Below, in pieces: positions 31,992-44,119 of a stretch of DNA of 48,591 nt. The translations under genes and the position numbers were made by a program. Below the pieces are notes generated by a model. The model saw only the letters and a list, made by a program, of their open reading frames with translations. It made no database searches and was not told the origin of the DNA. Origin of the DNA: Methanobacterium sp. (lineage in GTDB: Archaea > Methanobacteriota > Methanobacteria > Methanobacteriales > Methanobacteriaceae); NCBI GenBank assembly GCA_003166335.1, contig PMWA01000080.1, forward strand, positions 1 to 48,591, written 5' to 3'. How positions within the stretch are numbered: the first letter of the stretch is position 1; each line of letters starts with the position of its first letter.

Positions 31992-32723
31992 TTAATAAAG
32001 CGCAGTGTATTTATCTAAAAAATCAGTGTAATCTCGATCTGCTATTCTTAAGGCGGACATAGCCTCTGGTGATGAGCAGCATCTCTGTTCAACTAGATTC
32101 CTAAGAGATCCATTCTTAATATTCTCTCTAACTTCTCTTAAAACAAAATCCATTATCTTTTGATTATATTTTTTTAACTCGTCCAAAGTGAAGTCGTATA
32201 TTTCATAATTTTTAAGGTCATAAATATTGTCAGGAGTCATTATTAATCCTAGTTGAGCATAGAAATCACAGCTGAAATCTCCAAAGAAATCAACCCCGAG
32301 ATAGGTTAATAATGGTATAAATGATGTTTTAATGAATGGAAAATAGAGTGCAGTGTTGGGGTTTATATTCTCTCGGATGTTTACAGTCATGTTAATGAGA
32401 TCTCTGGGTCGTTTTAGGAGTTCTTCTGAATTTGCAATCATTAATATATTATTACCTAATTTTTCAAGTTCAATTGCACATTGAACTCTTAGATCGAGGT
32501 ATTTAGAGCCATGTATCACTGTAATCCCCGTTTTTTCACTTTTCTCTGCTTTTTGAATGGTTTTGTAAACTGAATACTCAGCAAGGGTTTTTGGTACATC
32601 GTATGGCATGGGCTCGTCTTCAATAAATTGTAATGAAGTATCTGCTCTTAATATGTTGGGTGATTTAAGTTCTTTGTATTTACCCATACGTGCCGGGCCG
32701 TCATGTACTATAATCTCAATCAT
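31992..32723 (-). CDS. TGT-fold archaeosine-pathway-related protein (possibly N-terminal half of a split archaeosine synthase)
   Basis: HDGPARMG, LLTYLGVDFF, IKNGSLRNLVEQRC. Confidence 0.65.
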   Translation of the reverse strand: MIEIIVHDGPARMGKYKELKSPNILRADTSLQFIEDEPMPYDVPKTLAEYSVYKTIQKAEKSEKTGITVIHGSKYLDLRVQCAIELEKLGNNILMIANSEELLKRPRDLINMTVNIRENINPNTALYFPFIKTSFIPLLTYLGVDFFGDFSCDFYAQLGLIMTPDNIYDLKNYEIYDFTLDELKKYNQKIMDFVLREVRENIKNGSLRNLVEQRCCSSPEAMSALRIADRDYTDFLDKYTALY

Positions 32724-32981
32724 ATATTCTTAATGGATCTTTAGGAAATTAAAAGCTTTGCTTTAAATTATCCCGCTGAAATTTAAAAATTATTAAATAC
32801 TAATATGCATCTAAAAAAAAATTAATAATAATATAAATTATTCTGGAATTAATTAGTGTCATCAAAAAGGTTACACTTAGTGATTTTTACACAACGTTTA
32901 TATAGACCTAATCTCACACTTAACTATGAAAATTACAAGTTTTCACATAGGCTGGTATTGTTTACTAGGGCGTGAAGATAA

Positions 32982-33857
32982 ATGAAACAACTTAAACGCT
33001 TAAAAAATATGTTGTTAAGGGAAGAAGAACAGAAAGAAACAGATGAACAAGTTCAACAACCAGAGTCAGAGATCGAAACAAAATCAAAGCAAACAGAAAC
33101 ACCAAAGTCTGAAATAAAAACCAGTGACACAGAACCAAATCAAGAACAAAATGATTCAAAAGTATCAGAAGCTGAACAAGAATTAGAACCAGCCTCTCCA
33201 AATTTAATTGATGAAGAGCCAAAAGAGGCTGAAGAGAAGGTTTCGGAAGACCCCAAAAAAGTTGAAGGAAAACCTAAAACAACAAGGAGTGATAGCATGA
33301 CTTTACTTGAAGGAAGAGATGCAGAAACTATAACTCGTGCAGAAATAGATGTAAATTTCAAACAAGCTGTGATGGATGCTGGTGCAGAAACATTATCTTT
33401 ATGTTTCCAATGTGGTACATGTACAGGCGCATGTCCATCTGGAAGAAGAACTCCCTACCGGGTAAGAACAGTTGTAAGAAGATCATTAATGGGCTTTAAA
33501 GATGACTTAATATCTGATGATAGTCTATGGATGTGCTCAACCTGCTATGAATGCCAGGAAAGATGCCCTCGAGGCATTAAAATAGTAGACATCGTGAAAA
33601 TAGCCAGAAATTATGCAGCTCAAGCAGGTTACATGGCGAAAGCTCATAAAATGACCGGATCCTACGTTATTAAAACTGGACATGGTGTACCAATAAACGC
33701 TGCAACCAAAGCATTAAGGAAAAGAGTGGGATTAAGCGAATTACCACCAACCACCCACGAATTCCCAGAAGCATTAGAAGAAGTAAGAACAATATTAAAA
33801 ACCACTAAATTCGATAGGTTAATAGGATACAACTGGGAAACCGGAGAAATAGAATAA
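32982..33857 (+). CDS. hdrC: Heterodisulfide reductase subunit C with a 105-aa N-terminal extension
   Basis: CFQCGTCTGACPSG and CSTCYECQERCPR; second RBS and ATG at 33297. Confidence 0.93.
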   Translation: MKQLKRLKNMLLREEEQKETDEQVQQPESEIETKSKQTETPKSEIKTSDTEPNQEQNDSKVSEAEQELEPASPNLIDEEPKEAEEKVSEDPKKVEGKPKTTRSDSMTLLEGRDAETITRAEIDVNFKQAVMDAGAETLSLCFQCGTCTGACPSGRRTPYRVRTVVRRSLMGFKDDLISDDSLWMCSTCYECQERCPRGIKIVDIVKIARNYAAQAGYMAKAHKMTGSYVIKTGHGVPINAATKALRKRVGLSELPPTTHEFPEALEEVRTILKTTKFDRLIGYNWETGEIE

Positions 33858-33872
33858 AAAGGAGGAACCAAT

Positions 33873-34793
<921 letters not shown>

Positions 34794-34964
34794 CACTCTT
34801 TTTCTCATAATTCATTTCTTTTTTTTATTTTAAATTAATTATTTTTTTTATATCACAAAATTTTTTAATTTTAAATATTATTTAAGAACATAACTATTAA
34901 TCATATCATAAAAATCAATTCTTGACAAATTTTATAAAATCCCTAAAAAAAAGAGGTGTTCTTT

Positions 34965-35240
34965 TTGTTTATCGCGAGTCTGGTGGGAATATTTAAATAC
35001 AATGAATTACCTGAAAAATTCAGCCCCTATGTACAATATAAGGCTTCTTTGGAGAATAAAGATATTGAAGAGAATGATGAAATAGCTATTTTAAATATTA
35101 GTGGCACTGAAAGTTATCATGTTCTTTTCATAAATTCATATAATAGTATAGATGAGATAGTTGAAGAATTAAAAGTTGCAGAAGCTAAATTGAATTATAA
35201 TACTAAGAAAATTTTGGAAGAACATTTGACTACAATGTAA
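34965..35240 (+). CDS. DUF749 family protein
   Basis: FIASLVGIF...LPE...EIAILNI.GT.SYHVLF...KILEEHL; follows hdrB. Confidence 0.85.
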   Translation: MFIASLVGIFKYNELPEKFSPYVQYKASLENKDIEENDEIAILNISGTESYHVLFINSYNSIDEIVEELKVAEAKLNYNTKKILEEHLTTM

Positions 35241-35280
35241 AAACCTTTATAGAACTAAAAATTTAAGATTACCAGAAATT

Positions 35281-35871
35281 TTAGTATCCTGTACCAAGTA
35301 TATTCGCTGTTTCATTACCGGGTCCTATAAGAACAAATGGCGTACCATCACCTACATCACCATAGTGGTGTGAATTAAAGCCCGTATAATCCCAGGATTT
35401 CCATCCATTACCTGTATTGATTTCAACCCATGTATGTCGATATCCGGCTCCATATCCACGGTCAACATAACTCATAATCCTGACTGGTATTCCAGCGCCG
35501 GTTAATTGATCATATAACCACATGGAATCAGCCCAGCAATCACCATAGTTAACTTGAGTCAAAACTTTTGGATCGGATTGTCCTTGAACATCCGCAACTT
35601 GCGCTTCTTGTTGGCCAATAGAGGTTACAGCTGCTGAACTATTCACATTTTGAAAAGGAACAGAATAAAATAGTAAGAAGGTAATTGCAATTATGATTAC
35701 TAAATGTATTATTATATTTTTAGGTCCATGAGTTTTTTTTGAAGATAGTAAATTAGTATCACTATATATTAATTTTCCACCGCAGGCACATCTATCCATG
35801 AAATCCTCTGGATACTCACCTGGCTGAAGTTTATAATATCTTTTACATTTAGTACAAATCAAATAACTCAT
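35281..35871 (-). CDS. Membrane-anchored protein: N-terminal Zn ribbon, one TM, transglutaminase-like domain
   Basis: CTKC...CACGG; TM; YGDCW...HTWVEI...WDY. Confidence 0.7.
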   Translation of the reverse strand: MSYLICTKCKRYYKLQPGEYPEDFMDRCACGGKLIYSDTNLLSSKKTHGPKNIIIHLVIIIAITFLLFYSVPFQNVNSSAAVTSIGQQEAQVADVQGQSDPKVLTQVNYGDCWADSMWLYDQLTGAGIPVRIMSYVDRGYGAGYRHTWVEINTGNGWKSWDYTGFNSHHYGDVGDGTPFVLIGPGNETANILGTGY

Positions 35872-36109
35872 AAATCACCCTCGATCAGTATATACCCCCT
35901 TTCATAATAATAAATATTATCTCATAAAGAGTTTTTTTTAAATTAGAAACAATACACTAAAACAAAAAATTAAGAAAAATGAACAACTTTAATAGATCCT
36001 CATCTCTTCTTTATTTTATACACGAGAACAATTCGAAATAATTCGCGATAAATATTTTGGTAATATTGAATTATATTAATAAATAAGATTTATATATGAA
36101 GGGGAAAAC

Positions 36110-36514
36110 ATGAAAAGAATAACTCAAAAACCATGGTTTGGTAAAAAAATTGTTGGATATGGACCAGCTCCAGCTACATGGCAAGGATGGATAATAACAA
36201 TACTCTTAATATTAACTGTAATACTAGATTTTCTACATTTCCGAATAAGCATTACTAGTATTATAATTTTTATCATAGCGATCATCATTTTTTTTGTAAT
36301 CACCATTTTAACAGGTTGGAAACCAGGAATGAACCGAAAAAAAAGAGAGAATCCACTAATTACAGTAATATATCTAATCATTTTAATAGCTCTAATAGTT
36401 CTTTTAGACACAATGACATATTTAAAACACGATTTCATAGCAAGACTAATCGTGAATATATCAATTGTTATTGTGTTTATGATTGTTTATTTAATATTCA
36501 TAAGAAAATTATAG
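36110..36514 (+). CDS. Small multi-TM membrane protein
   Basis: WFGKK..GYG..PATWQGW followed by four hydrophobic segments. Confidence 0.75.
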   Translation: MKRITQKPWFGKKIVGYGPAPATWQGWIITILLILTVILDFLHFRISITSIIIFIIAIIIFFVITILTGWKPGMNRKKRENPLITVIYLIILIALIVLLDTMTYLKHDFIARLIVNISIVIVFMIVYLIFIRKL

Positions 36515-36640
36515 AAAATCTTTTAAAAAAAAGAGAAAAGAGAAAAAAAAGATTTTTTTTTTAGGATTGAAAATCAAATCCTGCAGTTTCTAATGATTTG
36601 CTTGATTTTTTGAATCTTCCTTTAACTTTGGGATCGAATG

Positions 36641-36931
36641 TTAGATTGCTCTTCTTTCAATTTCTTCTAGGAAGTAGATCTCTGGTTTGCCCTTAACACC
36701 AGCCTTTTGCATTGCAGTTCGTAGTTCATCGGATTCAGCAAAATTTTTAGCACTTTCCAGATTTTCAAACTGGGTAAGAGTCACCAAGTGGTTTGGATCC
36801 TCTGCAGTGCGAAATACAGAAGAAACTTTAGCACCCATGTCTTTAAGCATACCCTTATCGATACCTTCATCATACAATGGTTTCCACTTGTCATAGTCCT
36901 CTACTTTATGATTAACCAAAACATAAGTCAA
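36641..36931 (-). CDS. Dimeric alpha/beta-barrel (ABM/cyclase-like) protein
   Basis: HKVEDYDKWK...DPN...MQKAGV.GKPE; AGGAGG RBS. Confidence 0.85.
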   Translation of the reverse strand: MTYVLVNHKVEDYDKWKPLYDEGIDKGMLKDMGAKVSSVFRTAEDPNHLVTLTQFENLESAKNFAESDELRTAMQKAGVKGKPEIYFLEEIERRAI

Positions 36932-37426
36932 TTTAAAACCCTCCTATTGTCCAATTTTCTTTTTATCCACCTTTCCGATTTAAAGTTCCATGAAGGGGGA
37001 TTTAATCTACTAAGATGTATATTTTATGATTTACAATTATTACATTTTGTTATATGTTATTTTTAACTTCGTTAAACGTTGGAATGACTAAGTATTAAAA
37101 AAATTGAGAGAACGAGAAATACTGCAAGCGAGCCCGCGAGCAAAGCATGGTTTTATTTTTAAGTTGCTCAAAAGTACCATAAATTGATGATTTGCCCTAT
37201 ATCAAATGGATTAGATTCATAGACTTTGATAATTATTTCAATCAGCTATTCAACTTATTTTAAATTAATGTTGCTAATAATAACTGTTTTTATCCAATAA
37301 AATAAATAATCTTGAAAAAAGTTTAAAAAGTTTTGAATCCGTCGGATACATCTTTTAATTTATTAAGTTTTCCTCAACCATTTTTTATAATGCTTATCTA
37401 GTTTTTAGTGTTTTAAATTCAGTTTT

Positions 37427-38160
37427 TTAAGTATATTTTGTGAGTATCTCTTCTCTCTGGAATATAGATCTGTTTATATAAAATAAGATTATAGCCACAA
37501 CTAGGAGAATGACTGCAAATATTAGTATTGTTTTAATGTCTAATGTAATGACTCCGACTTCTCCTAAAATAAATACAACAAGTAAAGGTAAATATAATGC
37601 ACCCCCGTAACTTTGTGCTGTTCGAGGATCATTAACTCTTATTGAGACTAGCATATTGAATTCAGTACCAAAAAGACAAGTAAGAGGTGCAGCTACAAGT
37701 AAATAGACGGCCGCAGTCCAATTAGGATACAGAATGTAACCCAATTTTGGAAACTAATAATATCACTGCCAATCATAAATACGACAGCGCCAAGATAGGT
37801 TGCCAGAATACATGGTATGAAAACAGATAATGTTTTACCTAGGATTATTTCACCATCAGTTAGAGGCGTTGCTAAGAGTGGTTCTAATGTTTTCTCAAGT
37901 TTCTCACCAACTATACTATAAGAAGCAACAGCAACAGGAATAATAGCCGCTAAAATAATGAACCAGAATAAAAGCGCAGTAAAAACAGGAAGTAAAGCAA
38001 CATATGAAGACTGACTCAGATTACGAATAAAAAATGTGATTACGGGGAAAGCTATTCCAATAGCCACTGGCATTATGATTAATGCATAAATAATACTTCT
38101 CTTTTGTTTAAATATTGCAAAATCTTTACTAACAACATTCCATGTGTTTTCGAAATCCAT
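37427..38160 (-). pseudogene. ABC-2 permease split by a 1-base frameshift
   Basis: GEKLEKTLEPLLATP motif; junction CAAAATTGG needs one more A to read FQKLGYILYP. Confidence 0.8.
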
Positions 38161-38163
38161 TTT

Positions 38164-39081
38164 TCACTCCCCCCTAACATATTTCAGGTAAACTTCTTCT
38201 AAAGTGGATGTAACCTCATTGACTAATTGTACGCGGCCACCTGCAGTTTCAATAACCTTCAAGATATCAGGATTCTCCAATTCAGGATCCGCTACATTAA
38301 TAATTAGTTTATTATTACTAACCTCAACTTTCCCTGGTTTAAGTTTCTCAACAGCCATTATAATCTTATCATTAATTGTTTCCAGTTGGATAACTGTTTT
38401 AATTCCACTTAATGATTGAGTCAAATTTTCAGGAGTATCCACAGCCAACAATTTGGTTTTAATTATCCCTACTCTATCGCAGAGTTTTTCTGCCTCACTT
38501 AAAAGATGAGTATTAAGAAAAATAGTTCTATTCTCCCTCTTAAGTTCAAGAATGAAATCCCGCACTGTTTTTGCAGCTTCTGGATCAAGGTTTGCCGTGG
38601 GCTCATCTAAAAATAAGATTTTAGGATCATGAATTAAAGCTCGCGCTATAGCTAGTTTTTGCTTCATACCTTTAGAAAACTTTCCTGCTGATAAGTCCTT
38701 CTGATCCCAAAGTCCTAACATTTTAAGGAAATACTCGATTCTCTCCTGTCTCTGCTCTTTACTGATTTTATAAAATCTACCATAATAATCGAGATTCTGA
38801 TAAGCGCTTAACGCTTCATAGAGACCAACATTCTCCGGTAGTAAACCAATCATTCTCCGGATCTTCTGCATATCTTCACTATTTCCAATATCATACTCAC
38901 CTATCCTAGCGGTGCCACTGGTTTTTGATATCAAACCGGCGAGCATCCTCACAGTAGTTGTTTTACCAGCTCCATTGGGCCCTAGAAAACCGAAAACCTC
39001 ACCTTCACCTATATGTAAAGTAAGGTCGTCTACTGCAGTAATTTCATCAAATTTTCTTGTAAGATTTTCTGCATCGATCAA
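38164..39081 (-). CDS. ABC transporter ATP-binding protein
   Basis: GPNGAGKTT, FSKGM, LDEPT. Confidence 0.95.
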   Translation of the reverse strand: MIDAENLTRKFDEITAVDDLTLHIGEGEVFGFLGPNGAGKTTTVRMLAGLISKTSGTARIGEYDIGNSEDMQKIRRMIGLLPENVGLYEALSAYQNLDYYGRFYKISKEQRQERIEYFLKMLGLWDQKDLSAGKFSKGMKQKLAIARALIHDPKILFLDEPTANLDPEAAKTVRDFILELKRENRTIFLNTHLLSEAEKLCDRVGIIKTKLLAVDTPENLTQSLSGIKTVIQLETINDKIIMAVEKLKPGKVEVSNNKLIINVADPELENPDILKVIETAGGRVQLVNEVTSTLEEVYLKYVRGE

Positions 39082-39218
39082 AGTTCATCAACTCCACTAT
39101 TATTATATTTACAAGTTAATATCTATTTTATGCGATTTATTAGATGTTGTTCTACATAGATGTTCCTCTCTGTCAATTAGTAAACCAGAGCGCCAAACAT
39201 TACTCGATTTATTCCAAA

Positions 39219-40436
39219 TTAGTAGTTTTCTGCTTTCTTATTATTTGTTGGGATTAAAAATGTTAAAACCATTGTTATAATTGATATCACTGCTAAAATA
39301 AGGAAAATAATCTGGAAACTACCTGTTACATCCAGTATTATTCCAGCCATACTAGGTCCGATTACAGCACCAAGATAACCAATAGCTATTACAACACCAC
39401 CTGCAACTCCAGCATGTTTTTTAGGCATTATTTCAACCGGTAAACTAAGTAAAGTGTTAAAACGTAGGATATTAATGATTCCTGCGATGATCATTATAAT
39501 CCAGAGTGAAAATCCAGTGGCATATATTATCCATATTGATAAGAATGCAAATATCAGACTAGGCAGCCATATAAGGAGTCTTTTAGATATATTGGTTTTT
39601 GAAAAAAGCTTTGGAATGAATATTATAGTCGGAACACCCACCCATAACATGACTGATGCTAACAATCCGCTGAAACCAAGACTAACACCTTTTTGTAATA
39701 AAAATGTTGGAATCCAAGCAGCCCAAGTGTAAAAGTAGATATTATGGAGTAAAAGTATAAAAGCCAATGACCATAATGTTTTGTCTCTTAATACCTCTTT
39801 TAATCCTATAGATCCCTTAGCATCCGATTCAACTTCATTACTAGGGCATGGTGGCTCATGGACTAAAATCCACCATAAAATAGTTGCAATCACTAAAGGT
39901 ATACTCCAAATATAAAAAACATCATGATAATCCTTAGTTAATGGGTAAATTAATGGAATTGTAATGGCTAATGCAAAGCCAATACCCGCTAATAATCCAA
40001 ATGCTGTTATAAAACCCATTACTAAACTTGTTTGACGGGTTGAACTGCATGATCTTGCTAATTTTGGTAAATTAGAAAAAGTAAATCCCATACCAAACCC
40101 AAAAATAAGTGAAAGGATGAGTAAACCTGAATAAGTTGATTCTATTCCCCTAAGCAATGCTGCGATGGATGCAATGACAGTTCCAAAACCAATTGCTCTT
40201 TTAAGTCCTATTCTATCAGCAATAATCCCTGCAGGAATAGCTACGATAGCCAACATAATGATGGGTGCCGTGAATAGTAAACTAGTTTGAAAATGGGATA
40301 TTCGTAAACTAGCCGATAATATAGTCTCCATGGGCGGGATTATAAACAAGAATGCCCATGTAGTGAAATTCAGGAAAATTGCAATTACTATGATTTTCCA
40401 AGGTATACGATAGTGATCATTAACCATGTTATCCAT
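39219..40436 (-). CDS. MFS transporter (CynX-like)
   Basis: GIIADRIGLK motif A; 12-TM hydrophobic pattern. Confidence 0.9.
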   Translation of the reverse strand: MDNMVNDHYRIPWKIIVIAIFLNFTTWAFLFIIPPMETILSASLRISHFQTSLLFTAPIIMLAIVAIPAGIIADRIGLKRAIGFGTVIASIAALLRGIESTYSGLLILSLIFGFGMGFTFSNLPKLARSCSSTRQTSLVMGFITAFGLLAGIGFALAITIPLIYPLTKDYHDVFYIWSIPLVIATILWWILVHEPPCPSNEVESDAKGSIGLKEVLRDKTLWSLAFILLLHNIYFYTWAAWIPTFLLQKGVSLGFSGLLASVMLWVGVPTIIFIPKLFSKTNISKRLLIWLPSLIFAFLSIWIIYATGFSLWIIMIIAGIINILRFNTLLSLPVEIMPKKHAGVAGGVVIAIGYLGAVIGPSMAGIILDVTGSFQIIFLILAVISIITMVLTFLIPTNNKKAENY

Positions 40437-40884
40437 TAAAAACCCAATATTTAATAACTTTATAATATTTATTTTTACTAATAGAGCCTAGAAAAAAAAT
40501 AATTATAATTATTTTTAATTACTTATTCCGTATATAAATAGAATTTCAACATTTTTAATGGGTACTCGGTACAACAGTAAATTGATTCAATCCCATCCAG
40601 AATTACTATACCATTATGTTTTAGCGGTTGATGAAGGAGTATACAAGAGGAAATTGGAAGTATATGCAGATGGGGTATACGAGCAATTTCGAGTTCTTTC
40701 AGTATCGATATTATGGACTAGAAATTTTACTCATTCAACTCTTTTTTAATTAATTCCAGATACCATTCTTTTTTTAATATTTTAATGGCTATTGTAATCA
40801 TTGATTATTTCTTTAATGATTTTACTGGTGAATTCTAGTACGTGCAGCCATTTTTGGTAGATTTTATAAGCTTCCGTTTCCTTG

Positions 40885-41589
40885 TTAATATCTAATCCTA
40901 AATTTCTCTTCTAATTTTTTAATGTATAATGAATTCCTGGTCCAGAACCTTTTTTTTTCAATTAAATCATTTTTTAACATATTATTAATAATTTTAAGGG
41001 CTGCTTGAGGTGTTATATTAAACATTTTTTGTATATCCTTATTTGCAATCTTCTCATGCTCACGCAGATATATAACAATTTCGCGTTTTTTTTCTGGAAG
41101 TACTACTTGACCTGAATCTTCAACCCTTTGCATTTCTGAAGACAATTCTAATACTATCTCTTTTACATTTAAAATAGAAATTAGTACTCCTTCTACAAAA
41201 TAATCTAACCATTCAGTGAGATTTCGTGTTGCATCAGCCGTTCTTAATGCTTGCTCATAAGCATCTCTATCAGCATCATAAAATTCATCTAAAACAAAAT
41301 ATCGCTTGATATCAAATTCTTTAATATACAGGATAAGTGTTGCTAATGCTCTTGCTGTTCTTCCATTTCCATCAACAAATGGATGAATCCTTACAAATTC
41401 ATAATGAGCTATTCCTGCAATTATTACAGGATGTAAGTCTGATTCACTGTTAATCCATTTTATTAAATTTTGAATCAAATCCGGAACTTCAGAATAATCT
41501 GGGGGGTGATAAACAGTCCCTCTTAATTTATTAGCTATTAAAAAAATTTTATTCAATTTTAAAGCTGTTAAAAATTTATCAACAACCAA
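40885..41589 (-). pseudogene. Fic-family protein with C-terminal HTH; 5'-truncated and frameshifted near the end
   Basis: HPFVDGNGRTAR; N-terminal region missing; A9 run at 40950-40958, where A8 would give KKGSGPGIHYTL. Confidence 0.75.
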
Positions 41590-41753
41590 AATTCAGATTT
41601 CTATTATGTGTTAAAAACCTAGAAATTAATATTTTATTCGTTAAATGTTCATGAAATTTATAACTATAAATAACTTTAAAATAGCTATTTACAGTGCAAT
41701 TGGGTTGAGCTACATTTTTAATCTAAAAAAAAATGTTCATTTAATTCATGTTC

Positions 41754-42158
41754 CTATTTGGCAACCCGTTCACATGATTTACGTAATTGCATATAAAAAA
41801 TCAGATCTTTCCAAAAATGATGATGCTCTGGTTTTCTCACTTCTAGTGAATAAGATAATTCATTAAGATGGGGTGGTTTTATTTCATGTACTATAACTTG
41901 GCCTTTTACTCTTTTACAAAGATAAGATCTATCACTAGAACTATCCTCTAAAACTAACATTTCTGGTGGGATGAAATCATTAACTATAATCTCAATACCT
42001 AACTCTCCAAATTTCTTAATATATTGCTGTGTTTCCGGCGTGTCAATAATTGATTTACATTCTGGACAGAAGTACTGCTGGATAACCGTCATTTCCATTT
42101 CGGCTCCACATTTACATCTGAAAACATCTCTCAACATCACATCTTGAAATGAAAACAT
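41754..42158 (-). CDS. Hypothetical Zn-finger protein
   Basis: CKCG...CPECK; ATG 42158 follows the upstream stop (TAAAATG). Confidence 0.65.
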   Translation of the reverse strand: MFSFQDVMLRDVFRCKCGAEMEMTVIQQYFCPECKSIIDTPETQQYIKKFGELGIEIIVNDFIPPEMLVLEDSSSDRSYLCKRVKGQVIVHEIKPPHLNELSYSLEVRKPEHHHFWKDLIFYMQLRKSCERVAK

Positions 42159-42159
42159 T

Positions 42160-42306
42160 TTAATCACCCACTGGTTCGACTAAAAGTATTTTAACCTTCT
42201 TTCCAATCCATTCTTTTGGAACTAAGATGTGGCCACTGTTTCCGGTTGTAGTTACTGTTTTTACTAAATAATCATAAAACTCTGTTTCTAACTTATCCGG
42301 TTTCAT
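42160..42306 (-). CDS. DUF2080-like transposon-associated small protein (48 aa; not in ORF track)
   Basis: MKPDKLETEFYDYLVKTVTTTGNSGHILVPKEWIGKKVKILLVEPVGD; GAGG RBS. Confidence 0.8.
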   Translation of the reverse strand: MKPDKLETEFYDYLVKTVTTTGNSGHILVPKEWIGKKVKILLVEPVGD

Positions 42307-43063
42307 GATTAATCCTCAAAATTTTGCATTATTATTTAATTTATTTATACTTCTTTGTATCCCATTTTTCATATTTATCAATTCTTTCTTTTTGTTACCT
42401 TTATCATTTATTTCAAATTTGATCTTCAAATTTAATCATCATATGTACAATGTTTCTTTAATACTTATATTTTGTTATTTTATGATTAAACAAATATTAT
42501 ACTTTGTTTGTTTTTAATTTTAATTCTCTTTCTATTTATATTAATAAAACAGTAGGATTTATTTTATGGGGCCAACTGTTCTAAGTAAAAAAGAACTATT
42601 ATATGCTGTAGATATTTAAACATTTCCCAAGAGATCGAGCATGGGAGCGAGATAGCAAGATAATAGTATTATAAAATTGCCATAAATCGAAAGCTTGATG
42701 TTGGATGAAAGATCTATATTTAACAGTTTTAGCAAATTTAAAGCACATAAAGTACTTACTTGCTGTTTTGGTGATTTCTTTTTTGCTTATTTGGATTAAC
42801 TAATAAAATTAATAAATAGAGGTATGTAAGCAAGCGCGAGTTTAATCAGCTTATATCATAAGCGAAGATTAATTAAAGCTTCATTTAATCTGGCTTACTT
42901 CAAAAATTTGAGTACAGAATTAAATAAGGGAAGATTTTTTAATTAAATCTTACTTGTGGACACTTTTTATGTCATGTTTAATATATAGGAAGCCGGCAAG
43001 CAAGCGGGCAATGGCAGGAGTAAGAGATCAAGCAAGGGCTCATCAACTCCTCATAATATCTTT

Positions 43064-44119
43064 AATTCACCTATTTTCACCACTTTTAGAGCACTTAAAC
43101 ATGTAAAAAGCAGTTAGGATCATCGTGAAAATCATTGTGGAGTAAAAAGTATTGGATTGAGATTGGGGTGTAACATGGGTATAAATACTATACTCTGGAA
43201 ATTAAATTTTTATAAAAAGAAAATTTGTGAGTGTAAAAAAATTATGACTGCTATTATTGAAACTTTAATGAATATGATGATTAACTTGATATACAATTTG
43301 GGTTATTGGGGTGTTTTCATTGGAATGTTAATTAAAATTCCTAGTGAAGTAATATTGCCCTTAGCTGGATTTGCCGTTTTGCAAGGGAAAATGACGATCT
43401 GGGGAATAACTCTAGTAGCTGCTCTGGCAGATGTTGTGGGAGCTCTATTCTTATATTTCATCTCCTTGAAAGGTGGAAGGCCTTTGCTTGATAAATATGG
43501 TAAATACTTCTCAATATCACCAAGCAAACTAGACCGAGGAGATAAATGGTTTGTAAAATACGGTGATGAAACAGTTCTAATCAGCCGATGCATACCCATG
43601 ATCACGGAACTAGTATCTATAACAGCGGGAGTCTCCAAAATGGATCTTAAAAAATATATTATCTACACTTATCTAGGCGCATTACCCTTTGACTTTGGTT
43701 TAGTATATCTCGGATTCATACTAGGACCTCATTGGAATATAGTAGAAACATATTCATCCCAATTAGATATAATATTCTATATCGGAATTATAGCAGTAGT
43801 AGCTTTCATAGTATACAAAATTATCCAAACACGTGATGATGGTAATTTGATTGTTAAAAATACAAACCAATAAAATACGGCCCGAAAAAGTACGTTTCTG
43901 AAGAAGAATAAAAAGTTAAAAAAAATGTCATTTTCCTGTTATTGATTATAGTTATATTATTTTATTATTAAAGTTCTTTCTAAAAAAAATTTACTACATA
44001 ATTAATTAGAGAAAACACCTTCAGAGCATCTTTAAAAATTTTCAACCTTTCTAAAATGACTTCTAGATAAATACTTAAATCCAATTCACCTATTTTCACC
44101 AATTTAAAGCACTTTAAAC
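43064..44119 (+). repeat. Imperfect 37-bp direct repeats flanking the DedA gene (43064-43100 and 44083-44119)
   Basis: Identical 19-mer AATTCACCTATTTTCACCA, then CTTTTAGAGCACTTAAAC versus ATTTAAAGCACTTTAAAC. Confidence 0.7.
43244..43873 (+). CDS. DedA family membrane protein
   Basis: IPSEVILPLAG, GGRPLL.KYGK, SRCIP, SITAG. Confidence 0.9.
   Translation: MTAIIETLMNMMINLIYNLGYWGVFIGMLIKIPSEVILPLAGFAVLQGKMTIWGITLVAALADVVGALFLYFISLKGGRPLLDKYGKYFSISPSKLDRGDKWFVKYGDETVLISRCIPMITELVSITAGVSKMDLKKYIIYTYLGALPFDFGLVYLGFILGPHWNIVETYSSQLDIIFYIGIIAVVAFIVYKIIQTRDDGNLIVKNTNQ

Noticed and set aside
40558..40749. 63-aa ORF
   Set aside because: No recognisable motif or RBS; possibly a remnant.
41645..42517. 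Plus-strand ORFs 41645..41866 and 42305..42517
   Set aside because: Low-complexity AT-rich frames that overlap better-supported minus-strand genes.
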